Origin: a virus
Taxonomy: Duplodnaviria; Caudoviricetes
Reading direction: 5' to 3' (one strand)
Length of the DNA stretch: 51,841 nt
IMG/VR virus record: IMGVR_UViG_3300025875_000038
Coordinates: 1 to 51,841 of that record
In this document: positions 1-8,372 of the stretch, piece after piece
How positions within the stretch are numbered: the first letter of the stretch is position 1
Layout of the letters: every line of letters starts with the position of its first letter
Notes under the pieces: model-generated
What the model was told of the DNA's origin: nothing
Databases searched by the model: none
The model's input: only the letters and a program-made list of their open reading frames with translations
Translations under genes and position numbers: made by a program

Positions 1-127
1 AGCAGCATGGCCCAGGTCGAAGGCTCCGGGATGCTGCCAACCTCACCCGGCACACTAGGCACCACCGGCATCTCCTGCGGAACCTGCGGGCTCCAATCAC
101 CATCATCACCGGACAGCGCGACAGCAA
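1..127. repeat. 127-bp direct repeat identical to 51715-51841 (circular contig overlap)
   Basis: agcagcatggcccaggtcg...gcgacagcaa occurs at both ends. An ORF reads through the junction, which supports circularity. Confidence 0.95.
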
Positions 128-449
128 CCAGACCAAGCCCAATCAGCCCAGCAGCCGGAAGCAGCCAGTCCACGCCATCCCCCGCTACCGGAGCAACCGC
201 AGGCGAGACCGTGGCAAACACCGGGGCTGGTGGAGCAAAGACAGGCACGCCGCCGAACAGCACTGGCGAGGCAGGCAGATCGATCCGCTGAACATCCGCC
301 ACTGTCGCAACGGCAGCATCGGCAGCAGACCATGCATCAGGCTCTTGTACGTTGGCGCAGCCTGCTACCTTGCAATCGAGCGATGTTGCAGAAAGCGCCG
401 GGGTGGCGCTGGATGCCAGCGCCAAGGCGAGAGTGAGTTTTCTAATCAT
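1..449 (-). CDS. PEPxxWA-CTERM sorting-domain protein, 5' part; continues across the junction to the stop at 51648; 171 aa in total
   Basis: Manual translation: ATG at 449 with RBS gaagga; MIRKLTLALALASSATPALSA (signal peptide-like) ... SIPEPSTWAMLLIGFGSIGAMVRRRVRKAVTCG*. Not in the ORF track. Confidence 0.88.
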   Translation of the reverse strand, partial: MIRKLTLALALASSATPALSATSLDCKVAGCANVQEPDAWSAADAAVATVADVQRIDLPASPVLFGGVPVFAPPAPVFATVSPAVAPVAGDGVDWLLPAAGLIGLGLVAVALSGDDGDWSPQVPQEMPVVPSVPGEVGSIPEPSTWAML

Positions 450-490
450 GTGTCGTTCCTTCAAGTGGGTTCAGCCCCATGTCGCTTAGT

Positions 491-514
491 GCCACACTCT
501 TTTGTGGTGGTAAA
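491..514 (-). promoter_or_regulatory. Operator-like palindrome plus -35 upstream of the PEP-CTERM gene
   Basis: + strand gccaca-ctcttt-tgtggt-ggtaaa; minus strand TTTACC-ac-CACA-N6-TGTGGC. Confidence 0.65.
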
Positions 515-523
515 GCGGAAATA

Positions 524-802
524 TTATCCATCCACCCCGATAATCGCAGCCTCAATCGCCCTGCTGGCATCCCTGTGCAGGATCGCCATGGCGCGTCCGT
601 CCTGATGACGCTTGCTGAATTTGAGTGGAAACAGCCGGGCCTCTTGCCTAGCCGCATCTGCCATGGCGCTGCTCATGGGCGGCAGGCGCAGGTGCGAGCA
701 CGGCAGGCCCAAGCGAAATGTCGTCCACCATGTGATGCGATACTTCTCCATGGCCAGCGTCATATCGATGCTGGCGGTGAGGCGAGCTTGCAGGTCGCTC
801 AT
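524..802 (-). CDS. Hypothetical protein, paralogue of 10711..10992
   Basis: LRLPPMSSAMADAARQEAR...AIEAAIIG matches LRIAPMSAAMADAARQDAR...AIDAAVIG. Confidence 0.75.
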   Translation of the reverse strand: MSDLQARLTASIDMTLAMEKYRITWWTTFRLGLPCSHLRLPPMSSAMADAARQEARLFPLKFSKRHQDGRAMAILHRDASRAIEAAIIGVDG

Positions 803-924
803 TCCGTAGGTTCCTTATCCGTGCCCTCTTGGGGCTTCGCGTTGACCGATGGCCGGCGAAAGGTGGCAAGCGGCGCGATGAATTGCTTGTGGCCTGGGCG
901 ATGGTTGCGAATGTAGGCGCTCAT
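799..924 (-). CDS. Small hypothetical protein (41 aa, MSAYIRNHRPGHKQF...)
   Basis: Manual translation; overlaps both neighbours by 4 nt (ATGA coupling). Confidence 0.5.
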   Translation of the reverse strand: MSAYIRNHRPGHKQFIAPLATFRRPSVNAKPQEGTDKEPTE

Positions 925-1250
925 ACTGTACCTCGCGCTTTGGCGATTGCTGGGGCGCACATATTGTCAGCGATCTTCGGGTAGCCGAGACCAGCAAGCG
1001 TATTCGACGCCTTCTCCAGCGCCTCTAGCAAGTCTGGCGCGGCGGCGATCAGGCGGGCGTTGGCTTCCTCATTGCCGCGGGTGCGGGCTTCGGTATGGTC
1101 GCCAATTCCATGCGTTATCGAAGCCCCGTAATATTCTCCGATATATGGGCTGGTTTCAGGGTTCTCGCCGTCGCGATATGTGCGGACTTCCCAACCCGTC
1201 CCACCTGTGGTCGCCCACCAAGGCCCCGGCGTGTGCTGAGCGCCCATCAT
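921..1250 (-). CDS. Phage protein of the HTPGPW...NARLIAAAPDLL family
   Basis: Characteristic motifs; paralogue at 40623..40946. Confidence 0.8.
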   Translation of the reverse strand: MMGAQHTPGPWWATTGGTGWEVRTYRDGENPETSPYIGEYYGASITHGIGDHTEARTRGNEEANARLIAAAPDLLEALEKASNTLAGLGYPKIADNMCAPAIAKARGTV

Positions 1251-1513
1251 ACCAACTCCCCAATCACTTCGTTGAAGAGCGCAGGCGAAATGCCGTGATG
1301 CGAAAGCATGTAGAGCCGCAGCATCTGCCTGGCGTCGTCGCGGGCGTTGGTGAACGCGTCGTCGGCGGCTTCAAAGCTGCTGCCGTCCCGTGCGTCCACG
1401 ATCCGCTCTACGTCGCGCTTGGTCTTTGCCAGCGTTGTGAGGGCCCGGTGGAGATCGGTGCGCGGGGCTAACTGCTCTACGCTGTCGATGAAGGCTTGGC
1501 GAAGGTCGTTCAT
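1247..1513 (-). CDS. Hypothetical protein
   Basis: Translationally coupled within the operon. Confidence 0.65.
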   Translation of the reverse strand: MNDLRQAFIDSVEQLAPRTDLHRALTTLAKTKRDVERIVDARDGSSFEAADDAFTNARDDARQMLRLYMLSHHGISPALFNEVIGELV

Positions 1514-1857
1514 GCCTCCGCACTCCGGCTCTCAGCCCAAGTCAGCGCGGCGCTGTACTTCCGCATGTTCCAGCGGGCCTTGCGGACCAGCCACGCGCCG
1601 AAATCGTCGTGCTCGCGCTTCTGGGAGTCGCCACCGACCCAGCCCTGAAATTCGTTCCAAGCAGCTTCACGGGCCAGCATGTGCTCGAGCTCGTCGAAGT
1701 CGTCGCTATCGAGCGCGTAGTCAGCCGAAGCTTGCCAATCCGCCGTTTCGTAAAGCTCGTGGTCTACGATCGGCAGGGCTTTGAGATCGCCATTGCGGAT
1801 AGCCTCGGCCATCTCTTGCAGCGGCGAGGTCGCGGTGATGGGGGCGAAGGCATTCAT
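1510..1857 (-). CDS. Hypothetical protein
   Basis: Translationally coupled within the operon. Confidence 0.65.
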   Translation of the reverse strand: MNAFAPITATSPLQEMAEAIRNGDLKALPIVDHELYETADWQASADYALDSDDFDELEHMLAREAAWNEFQGWVGGDSQKREHDDFGAWLVRKARWNMRKYSAALTWAESRSAEA

Positions 1858-2702
1858 GCCTCACCTGCAACGGCAACCAGCTTGCCGCCTTTTGCCATAA
1901 CCCAAGTGTCAGCCGGAAAGTCCGTGCCAGCGATACCGGTAGCGAAGCCTATCGGCTTGCCATCTTTACCGTATTCACAGATCGCAACCGGAGTACCTGC
2001 CACTACCTTCGCGTGCGATCCTGGCCCCACAGCGGCGGCGGCGCTATTGCCCCCGATGACCTCCAGCTTCGAGGAGTAGCCCGACGCGGCCAGCTGCGAG
2101 TGGTCGCCCGACGCGGCCAGCTGCGAGTAGTCGCCCGACGCGGCCAGCTTCGAGGAGTAGCCCGACGCGGCCAGCTGCGAGGAGTAGCCCGACGCGGCCA
2201 GCTGCGAGTGGTCGCCCGACGCGGCCAGCTGCGAGGAGTAGCCCGACGCGGCCAGCTGCGAGGAGTAGCCCGACGCGGCCAGCTGCGAGTAGTCGCCCGA
2301 CGCGGCCAGCTGCGAGTAGTCGCCCGACGCGGCTTGGATCTTCTCGTCTTTGCCACCCTTGCAAGCTTCGATGAGCCACTTGATGCTGGCACCGATCCAC
2401 TCAGGGAGTGAAAGCTCGGCCTCTACGGTGATGCTGGCGCCACAAAGTTTGCTGTCGCCATTCTGGCGATCAACTGCGCCAGTAATCGTCACGCGAGCGA
2501 ACTTGCTGTTGCACAGATCGTAGTAGTTCAGAACATCAAGCGGATTTTCGCAGGCATGAAAGCCGTGCTCACAGATGACCGGCTTGCCTTCGACCGTATA
2601 GGTCTGGCCGACCTCGAACTGATGATCGCGGCAGGTGAAATCGGCGTTCAACGCCTTGTATGCTGTGATGCCTTGATCTTTGGGGCTGGATTTCTTCGCC
2701 AC
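1854..2702 (-). CDS. Phage protein with AYK..NADFTCR...GFHACENPLDV N-terminal domain (DUF7666-like) and ten 9-aa repeats
   Basis: Common phage N-terminal motif; AASG(DY/YS/DH)S(Q/K)L x10; GTG start with RBS gaggag. Confidence 0.8.
   Translation of the reverse strand: MAKKSSPKDQGITAYKALNADFTCRDHQFEVGQTYTVEGKPVICEHGFHACENPLDVLNYYDLCNSKFARVTITGAVDRQNGDSKLCGASITVEAELSLPEWIGASIKWLIEACKGGKDEKIQAASGDYSQLAASGDYSQLAASGYSSQLAASGYSSQLAASGDHSQLAASGYSSQLAASGYSSKLAASGDYSQLAASGDHSQLAASGYSSKLEVIGGNSAAAAVGPGSHAKVVAGTPVAICEYGKDGKPIGFATGIAGTDFPADTWVMAKGGKLVAVAGEA
2064..2333 (-). repeat. 27-bp tandem repeat, 10 copies, coding
   Basis: + strand unit cgag(gagta/tggtc/tagtc)gcccgacgcggccagct(g/t). Confidence 0.92.
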
Positions 2703-2756
2703 GGTGGCGGCTCCTCATCAGCGCCGGGCGGGATCGCCTCGGCATTTGCATTGTGT

Positions 2757-2780
2757 GCCACATTATTATGTGCGGGTAAA
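2757..2780 (-). promoter_or_regulatory. Operator-like palindrome plus -35 upstream of the 2702-524 operon
   Basis: gccaca-ttatta-tgtgcg-ggtaaa, nearly the same as the site at 491. Confidence 0.65.
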
Positions 2781-3068
2781 GCCTAAATCGTGAATCGGCA
2801 TCCGTTCGTGCATGTGGCCATTCGTGGCGTACCGGCATGGTCGCGCAGTGGTGATGTAGCGATCCAGCCAAGGCTCTGGCCCTACGGAGGCGAGGTGGAC
2901 CTCACACTTGAAGTTCTTGGCATATCGTCCGGATCGCTTCCTCGCAGCGTTCACATGAGGGCGTTTCTCGCAGAACGATAGGAACGGGTTCGCGCCCTTG
3001 GCTGGATCGACCAAGCAAAACTCAAACCACATCGGATTGTCCCTCTTCCGCGCGTTTGGGCCGCTCAT
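2766..3068 (-). CDS. Hypothetical protein
   Basis: 100-aa ORF in the operon direction. Confidence 0.5.
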   Translation of the reverse strand: MSGPNARKRDNPMWFEFCLVDPAKGANPFLSFCEKRPHVNAARKRSGRYAKNFKCEVHLASVGPEPWLDRYITTARPCRYATNGHMHERMPIHDLGFTRT

Positions 3069-3723
3069 CCTGAATGTTAGAACTTTCTCCCAACTGTTGG
3101 GCTAATGCCCAATAAGCCTCTATCGTCTCCCGTGTCCGGTAAACCAGTCGGTCTCCGGGTAGCTGGATCAGGTAATGGCAACTTAGCCCATGGTCTTTGA
3201 CGGCGTCTGGCAAGGCATCGATTTCATTCATAGGAAACATCCGCTCCCGTAGTTTGAGGCACAGCAGGGCGAAGTCATCTTGGCGCTTTTCACGGACAAG
3301 GCGCTGTGCCCTAACGTGCATGGCGCGCTCTGGAGCAAGATATTCCTTGGCGATGGCGAGTAGGTCGGCAGGAGCAGGCATCCACCTCAATTCCCTTTCG
3401 GCCCTTGCCACAGCGTATCTGAGCGATGCGAGCGGCATGTGCTCAAACAAGCGCTTGAACGAGCTTAGTTTGAGCTTGCCGCCTTCCAGACTGTCCCGTT
3501 GGTGCAAGAGCACGCCGGAGAGGCCTCCGATCAGGTTGCGAATGTCGTCATTGCTGGGGGTGGGCAGCGTCGGGACTGGCGCATCGGCAAAGGCCTCGAC
3601 CAAGGGAAAGTTTTCGGATGGGATGTCCTCAATCGTCCGGGCCGTTTCGAGCATCCTCAACACATGCCTCAAGGAGCCCGTTTCCAGATCCGTTGCCTGC
3701 CGGTTTGCGACTTGTGTTTCCAT
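3022..3723 (-). CDS. Replication-associated protein, at the helicase-loader (P-like) position
   Basis: Directly follows the initiator. Start METQVANRQ at 3723 with RBS aggag (alternative ATG 3654). Motif WMPAPADL resembles F/WxPxxAE in helicase loader/inhibitor-like proteins. Confidence 0.55.
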   Translation of the reverse strand: METQVANRQATDLETGSLRHVLRMLETARTIEDIPSENFPLVEAFADAPVPTLPTPSNDDIRNLIGGLSGVLLHQRDSLEGGKLKLSSFKRLFEHMPLASLRYAVARAERELRWMPAPADLLAIAKEYLAPERAMHVRAQRLVREKRQDDFALLCLKLRERMFPMNEIDALPDAVKDHGLSCHYLIQLPGDRLVYRTRETIEAYWALAQQLGESSNIQDERPKRAEEGQSDVV

Positions 3724-4390
3724 AGCTCCTGCCTCCGTCAAAATCATTGAGGACCCATGTGGTCCATGTGCGCTGCCAGTCGGTGTGGCGATTGCCCTTG
3801 CCTTGGTGGTGGGCGATGAACTTCTCGATCTGCGTGACAAGGTGATCCGGGGGCCACTTAGCCATACGCTCTGCCGTCTTTGATCCTTCTGATGGTGCCG
3901 GTTTAAAATCATCAGGGCAGGCGGTCTTTCGCGCGGGCGCGCGTCCCTCTCCGTTAGGAGAGGTCTGGTTCTGGTTCTGGTTCTGGTTCTGTCGAGCCCC
4001 CATGGCATCCTTCTCTCCATGGGGCTTGGCAGGGGGCTTGCCATCCACCTTTGCATCCCCCTTGCTTCTGGCATGTTTTCCGCCTGCGGACATGCCAGCC
4101 CACGCGCGATAAGCCTTCTCGGCCTCATGCAACGCCTTGTCATTGACGACCCCGCCATTGGGCTCCTTGGCGAGCTTTCCAATGGCGATTAGGTCATCAA
4201 CGATCTGCATCCCGTTGGGAACATCGGCCACGATTAGGCGAAGTTCGCGATCTGGCACGGGCACGGCGGTATCCCATATGTAGCAGCACACATCGAAATA
4301 GACGGAGCGGTGCATACGGGGCAGGCGCGCAGTCCCTGCAATCCAGTCGGATGGGTAAAATGCAACAAAGCTATGTCGGCCATTGGCCAT
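3629..4390 (-). CDS. Replication initiator, DUF1376/YdaU-like
   Basis: FVAFYPSDWIAGTARL...YFDVCCYIW N-terminus; QNQNQNQ linker; C-terminal FIAHH...DWQRTWTTWVLN. Confidence 0.8.
   Translation of the reverse strand: MANGRHSFVAFYPSDWIAGTARLPRMHRSVYFDVCCYIWDTAVPVPDRELRLIVADVPNGMQIVDDLIAIGKLAKEPNGGVVNDKALHEAEKAYRAWAGMSAGGKHARSKGDAKVDGKPPAKPHGEKDAMGARQNQNQNQNQTSPNGEGRAPARKTACPDDFKPAPSEGSKTAERMAKWPPDHLVTQIEKFIAHHQGKGNRHTDWQRTWTTWVLNDFDGGRSYGNTSRKPAGNGSGNGLLEACVEDARNGPDD
3964..4065. repeat. (TCTGGT)4 plus six degenerate 12-bp units; candidate replication origin
   Basis: Minus strand: gcaagggggatg caaaggtggatg gcaagccccctg ccaagccccatg gagagaaggatg ccatgggggctc, inside the initiator linker. Confidence 0.5.
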
Positions 4391-4529
4391 GTTTTTGCCT
4401 TTCTGGCGGGGCCACCTTGCCTTTTTCCGCCACTTTGCTAAAGAGCACTTGCTCTGGTTCCTCGGAGTGCAGATTCAGCTCCTGCGAGGCCCGGCCCTGC
4501 CAGTCAGGTGTCGGGCCTTATTCTGCCGG

Positions 4530-5483
4530 TTATGCGCTTACGTCGAACAATCCGGTCTGCATCTTTTTGACCGTAGCGATATTCTTCCTCGCTTGCGCGA
4601 AATATGATGGCTTCAATTCGATGCCGATCCCGCGTCGGCCCATCTCGACTGCGGCGTAAACCTCGCTTCCGATGCCGAGAAATGGCGTAAGAACGAAGTC
4701 GCCGGGGTTGCTCCACAAATCGATGCAACGCTCGATCACGTCGAGCTGCAACGGGCTTATGTGCTGCTCGTCCTTTTCGTCGCGGCCGCCGCGATATTGC
4801 AGGGTTCTCGTCTGGTTGATGTCCATCCAAACCGGCGAAGCGTACCGCTGCCAGACTTCGATCGAGTACCAGTTCCGCCCATCGGACGGGTTGGTGTATT
4901 TGCTGCGGTCGGGCTCGTCGGTGCCCACATAGCGGCCGAAGCACCCTGAGACCGGCTCGGGGTTGTCTCCCGGCTTGCGGAAGCTGACGATGTAGTCCGC
5001 CAGCCCTTGGCCACTGATGGTGCTGTCCTTGACAATCTGCTTATGCAGGAGGCGGATGGATTTGGTGCGCTGTTGGGCCACGACGGGGTCTTTCCAGATG
5101 CAAACTTCGCTGTGGAAAATCCAGCCCGCGTCCTCGTATGCCCGGATCACTTCGCCGCGAAAGTCGCGCATCCCGATGTGGCCGTCTCTGATCTTGCTCG
5201 TCGGCAACTGCATGACGTGGACCGCATGGATGCGCCCCGGCATGGTCACGCGGAACAATTCCTGGATCAGATAGGCGTAGTGCTGCCAGAAGTCCGCCCC
5301 TTCATTGTTGGAGATGTCGCGGTCATAGGCGCTGAACTTATAGAGCCCCTCGAACGGCGGCGAGTGGACGCCGAAGTGGATGCTGTCTCCGGGGATGGCG
5401 CGGATTACGTCGCAGCTATCGCCTTGATAGATCGCGTAATCGTCTGTCACCGTCTGGTCCATGCACTTGACATCTTCGATCAT
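4530..5483 (-). CDS. DNA amino-methyltransferase (N4C/N6A, beta-class motif order)
   Basis: Catalytic SPPF near the N-terminus; SAM-binding VLTPFLGIGS and GIGIELK near the C-terminus. Confidence 0.9.
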   Translation of the reverse strand: MIEDVKCMDQTVTDDYAIYQGDSCDVIRAIPGDSIHFGVHSPPFEGLYKFSAYDRDISNNEGADFWQHYAYLIQELFRVTMPGRIHAVHVMQLPTSKIRDGHIGMRDFRGEVIRAYEDAGWIFHSEVCIWKDPVVAQQRTKSIRLLHKQIVKDSTISGQGLADYIVSFRKPGDNPEPVSGCFGRYVGTDEPDRSKYTNPSDGRNWYSIEVWQRYASPVWMDINQTRTLQYRGGRDEKDEQHISPLQLDVIERCIDLWSNPGDFVLTPFLGIGSEVYAAVEMGRRGIGIELKPSYFAQARKNIATVKKMQTGLFDVSA

Positions 5484-6889
5484 TTTTCAGCTCCTAGAAA
5501 TGCCGGAAGGTGGACCGGCTGGGTTGGATTGTAGAGAGGGGTTTCGCGCGAGCTGCCCGAAATGGCGGCGCTTGACAGGGCCGACATATGCCGGACCATG
5601 GCGGCGGCCATCCGATCGGCATCGTGCTCCTTGCGCTTGATGTTGGCGACTGTCGCGCCCTCCGTTTTTGCGGCGATGATGTGGCAGTTGACGGGCTTAT
5701 CCTGACCGAACCGCCAGAAACGGCGCACAGCCTGGTAGAATTGCTCCCAGCTGTCGTTCAGCCCCACGAACCCGGTATCGGCGCAATGCTGCCAGTTCAT
5801 CCCGAACCCGGCGAGCGATGCCTTGGTGACAAGGTGGCGGATGCGCCCCTCGCTAAAGTCGATCAGGATGCGCTCTTTCTCATCGTCCTTTAGCGATCCA
5901 TGGAGATTGACGGCCCCCGGAATGCCGGCCGCGATTTTCTCGGCCTCGGCGTTCAGGTTGCACCACCAGACGAATGGCCGGTCGAGCGGCGTCACCTCGA
6001 CGGCTTGGGCAACTCGGGCGCCCACGCTATCCCGACGCGCGGCGATCCGCTCAGAAAGCGATTGCGCCTCCGATGGGAACATGCCCAACTCAGGCGAAGG
6101 CGCAAAGTCAATCTCCACTTGGTGCATGATGTATTCCAGCGGAGGCAGGTCATAGCCATCGTTCGGATAGCCTAGATCAGACGGCTTGCGGAGCATCACG
6201 CCCCAGCTCGCCATCCACTTCCAGAATTCGTTTTCAGCGTGCCCCTTTAGCCGCCAATTTTGCGTGGAGCCGCCATCGTGAACGAAGAACGTGGCGAGCA
6301 TGTCGGTGTAGGACATGATCCCAAGGAACTCGGCATGGTTGCCCAACTCCATGAAGTCGTTGGGTGCCGGCGTAGCGGTCGCGGCGAGGCGAAACGGGAT
6401 ATTCGCACAGCATTCGATCAGGCGGGTGCGGTATTTGCCATCCACGTTCTTGAGGATGGAGCTTTCGTCCAGCACCACCCCGCCAAATGCGCCCATGTCG
6501 AAATGGGCCAACTTCTGGTAATTGGTGATGTTGACGCCGCCGCGCCGAACCTCGGATTGATCGGCCACCAGCGCGGCGTCGATCCCGAACTTGGAAGCCT
6601 CGCGCAGCATCTGGTTTGACACCGCGAGCGGAGCAAACAGCATCACGGCATCGCCGGTCGCTTCGGCCACGGCGGAAGCCCATGCAAGCTCCATGAGGCT
6701 CTTGCCGAGCCCAGTGCCCGCAAAGAGCGCCGAACGCCCCCTGCGAAGCGCCCACTTGGCAATATCGGCCTGAAATCCGAACATCACTTCCGGCAGATCG
6801 GGCAGGGTTTGTAGTCCTGTGGGGGTGTCCACTATCGCCTTTGCAGCGAGAAAATCCTCGTAGTTCATCGGGTCAGCTCCCTTTGTCAT
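5480..6889 (-). CDS. SF2/SNF2-like helicase
   Basis: GTGLGKS, LDESS, ATATP, GFGMNWQ, QAVRRFWRFGQ. The start may be the second Met (MNYEDF). Confidence 0.88.
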   Translation of the reverse strand: MTKGADPMNYEDFLAAKAIVDTPTGLQTLPDLPEVMFGFQADIAKWALRRGRSALFAGTGLGKSLMELAWASAVAEATGDAVMLFAPLAVSNQMLREASKFGIDAALVADQSEVRRGGVNITNYQKLAHFDMGAFGGVVLDESSILKNVDGKYRTRLIECCANIPFRLAATATPAPNDFMELGNHAEFLGIMSYTDMLATFFVHDGGSTQNWRLKGHAENEFWKWMASWGVMLRKPSDLGYPNDGYDLPPLEYIMHQVEIDFAPSPELGMFPSEAQSLSERIAARRDSVGARVAQAVEVTPLDRPFVWWCNLNAEAEKIAAGIPGAVNLHGSLKDDEKERILIDFSEGRIRHLVTKASLAGFGMNWQHCADTGFVGLNDSWEQFYQAVRRFWRFGQDKPVNCHIIAAKTEGATVANIKRKEHDADRMAAAMVRHMSALSSAAISGSSRETPLYNPTQPVHLPAFLGAEK

Positions 6890-7230
6890 TTCGTGATCCG
6901 CAATTCGTATTCAGGGAAGCAAGCGCGGAAAAGGGCGGAGCGAAGGCGGAAAGCCTCTGTCACCTCCGCCCCCTTCACATCCTCGGCAACCCGCTTGCCT
7001 TTTTCGATATAGGTGAAATCGGGGCGATATTGCGCGAGGCGGCCGTTTTGCATCGTGATCGGCACGCCGCCGGGGGTGAATGTGAACGTGGGCTCCACCA
7101 CAAGCTCGGTGATTTCACCGGCCTGCGCCAGAGCGTGAAGCTGCCAGCAGCGCAGGGCCTCCCGCTTTGATGGGTGGGAATGGCCCTGCGCGCAGGTGGT
7201 CCGCTTGGCACCGTATTTATGGCGCTTCAT
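6886..7230 (-). CDS. DUF1064-like PD-(D/E)XK endonuclease
   Basis: HKYGAK...SKREA...YRPDFTY...AEDVKG. Confidence 0.8.
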   Translation of the reverse strand: MKRHKYGAKRTTCAQGHSHPSKREALRCWQLHALAQAGEITELVVEPTFTFTPGGVPITMQNGRLAQYRPDFTYIEKGKRVAEDVKGAEVTEAFRLRSALFRACFPEYELRITK

Positions 7231-8372
7231 TCGCAAAGCCCATATTCGCTGTCACAGGCCAAGGGTGATGCAGCGTCAATGGCGGCCATGAGGTCAAATT
7301 GCGCACCGCCCCTATTGGTGGCGGACCATTCCACCACCTTATCAATCGACGCGCGCCCCCAATCGTCCGAGTCTCCGGGCACCTTGTCGGCAGCGAAAAA
7401 GGTTGCCCACCCGCCGTCACCATCGGCATCCCGCCGGCTAACCATGGAAACACGGCGCTCCCATTCTCGCATCTGGTCGATTTTTTCGGGCGTATGCCGG
7501 GCGACTAGCGCCACCTCTTTCTTGCGGCAATTGATGCAAGGCCAGCACCCCACGCGACTCGCCCCCATCAAATAAAGCGGGTTCGGCTTAATGCCGTGGC
7601 GGCGCGCAATGGCGAACACATCGTCCGCACTCCACTTGTGGATGGGGCGCGAAGTCACCCTCACCCCTTTGGGTAGGCGTTCCCATTCGAGTTCCGGCTT
7701 TTTCGCGCGTCCGGGGCTTTCCTCGGCCCGCTCGCCCACCCAATCCACGGTGCACCCGCCGGCCTCCCAAATGGGCCGGCGGGTGAGCATTAGCGGCTCC
7801 ATCTTTAAATCGCCTGTGCAGAATTTGGCCTGCTTTGATGGAAAACGCCCGTGGATCAGGCACAAATCAAGGAAGGCGTTGCCGCTTGGCTCCAGCGCGG
7901 CAATGGCCTGCTGGATGCCCCCATCTGATATTGGCGGCGAGATAATGGTGGGGCACTCATCCTTGCACAACCTGGCCCATTCCACCAAGGCCGCCTTACG
8001 CGCCGGGGAGTGCCGGCACCCTCTGGCGGCAACGGGTAGCGCCTCCTTGCGCGCCTTGCAGGCCGTGGAGTGCCTTTTCTCCCGGCGCTCAACTGGCCAG
8101 TTTTTAGCGATTGCCTCGCGCTTCCGGGCGAATGCCTCCGCATCGATGAGGCCCGGCACATCGTATGCCGAAAGGCGCTCAATGGTCACGCCAAGGGCAT
8201 TCTCTAAATAATCGATGTGCTCCAAGGTGATGGGGTTTTCGTTCTCCACATCGCAGAACTGGAACCGGGGCCGGAAATCCGGCCTCCGCTCCATTCGCTC
8301 CTTGGCTTTGCAGGCAACGGCAGTGCTATCCTTTCCGCCGCTGATGCTCACAAAGTGAGTAACCCTATTCAC
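7227..8372 (-). CDS. PAPS reductase-family (PP-loop, Fe-S) protein
   Basis: SISGGKDS, FCTGDLK, GERAEES, NPLY..GASRVGCWPC, C-terminal YGLCE. Confidence 0.85.
   Translation of the reverse strand: MNRVTHFVSISGGKDSTAVACKAKERMERRPDFRPRFQFCDVENENPITLEHIDYLENALGVTIERLSAYDVPGLIDAEAFARKREAIAKNWPVERREKRHSTACKARKEALPVAARGCRHSPARKAALVEWARLCKDECPTIISPPISDGGIQQAIAALEPSGNAFLDLCLIHGRFPSKQAKFCTGDLKMEPLMLTRRPIWEAGGCTVDWVGERAEESPGRAKKPELEWERLPKGVRVTSRPIHKWSADDVFAIARRHGIKPNPLYLMGASRVGCWPCINCRKKEVALVARHTPEKIDQMREWERRVSMVSRRDADGDGGWATFFAADKVPGDSDDWGRASIDKVVEWSATNRGGAQFDLMAAIDAASPLACDSEYGLCE

Noticed and set aside
1-127. Terminal repeat as a biological DTR or att site
   Set aside because: 127 bp matches a common assembler k-mer length and the repeat falls mid-gene, so it is best read as a circular-assembly overlap.
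7-291. 94-aa Ser/Thr/Pro-rich + strand ORF
   Set aside because: Antisense shadow of the PEP-CTERM gene, which has the RBS, signal peptide and sorting motif.
2064-2333. CRISPR-like or DGR-like array
   Set aside because: Units abut with no unique spacers, keep frame inside a CDS, and no cas or reverse transcriptase gene is present.
2003-2411. Alternative-frame repeat ORFs (RRATTRSWP, RRGQLRVVA)
   Set aside because: Open only because the 27-bp unit has no stops in those frames.
2750-2765. TGGCAC as a sigma54 -24 element
   Set aside because: The required GG-N10-GC spacing is not met here; the palindrome reading fits better.
3724-4182. N-terminal extension of the 386-aa ORF 3022..4182
   Set aside because: Overlaps the initiator gene in another frame; RBS-supported starts are at 3723 or 3654.
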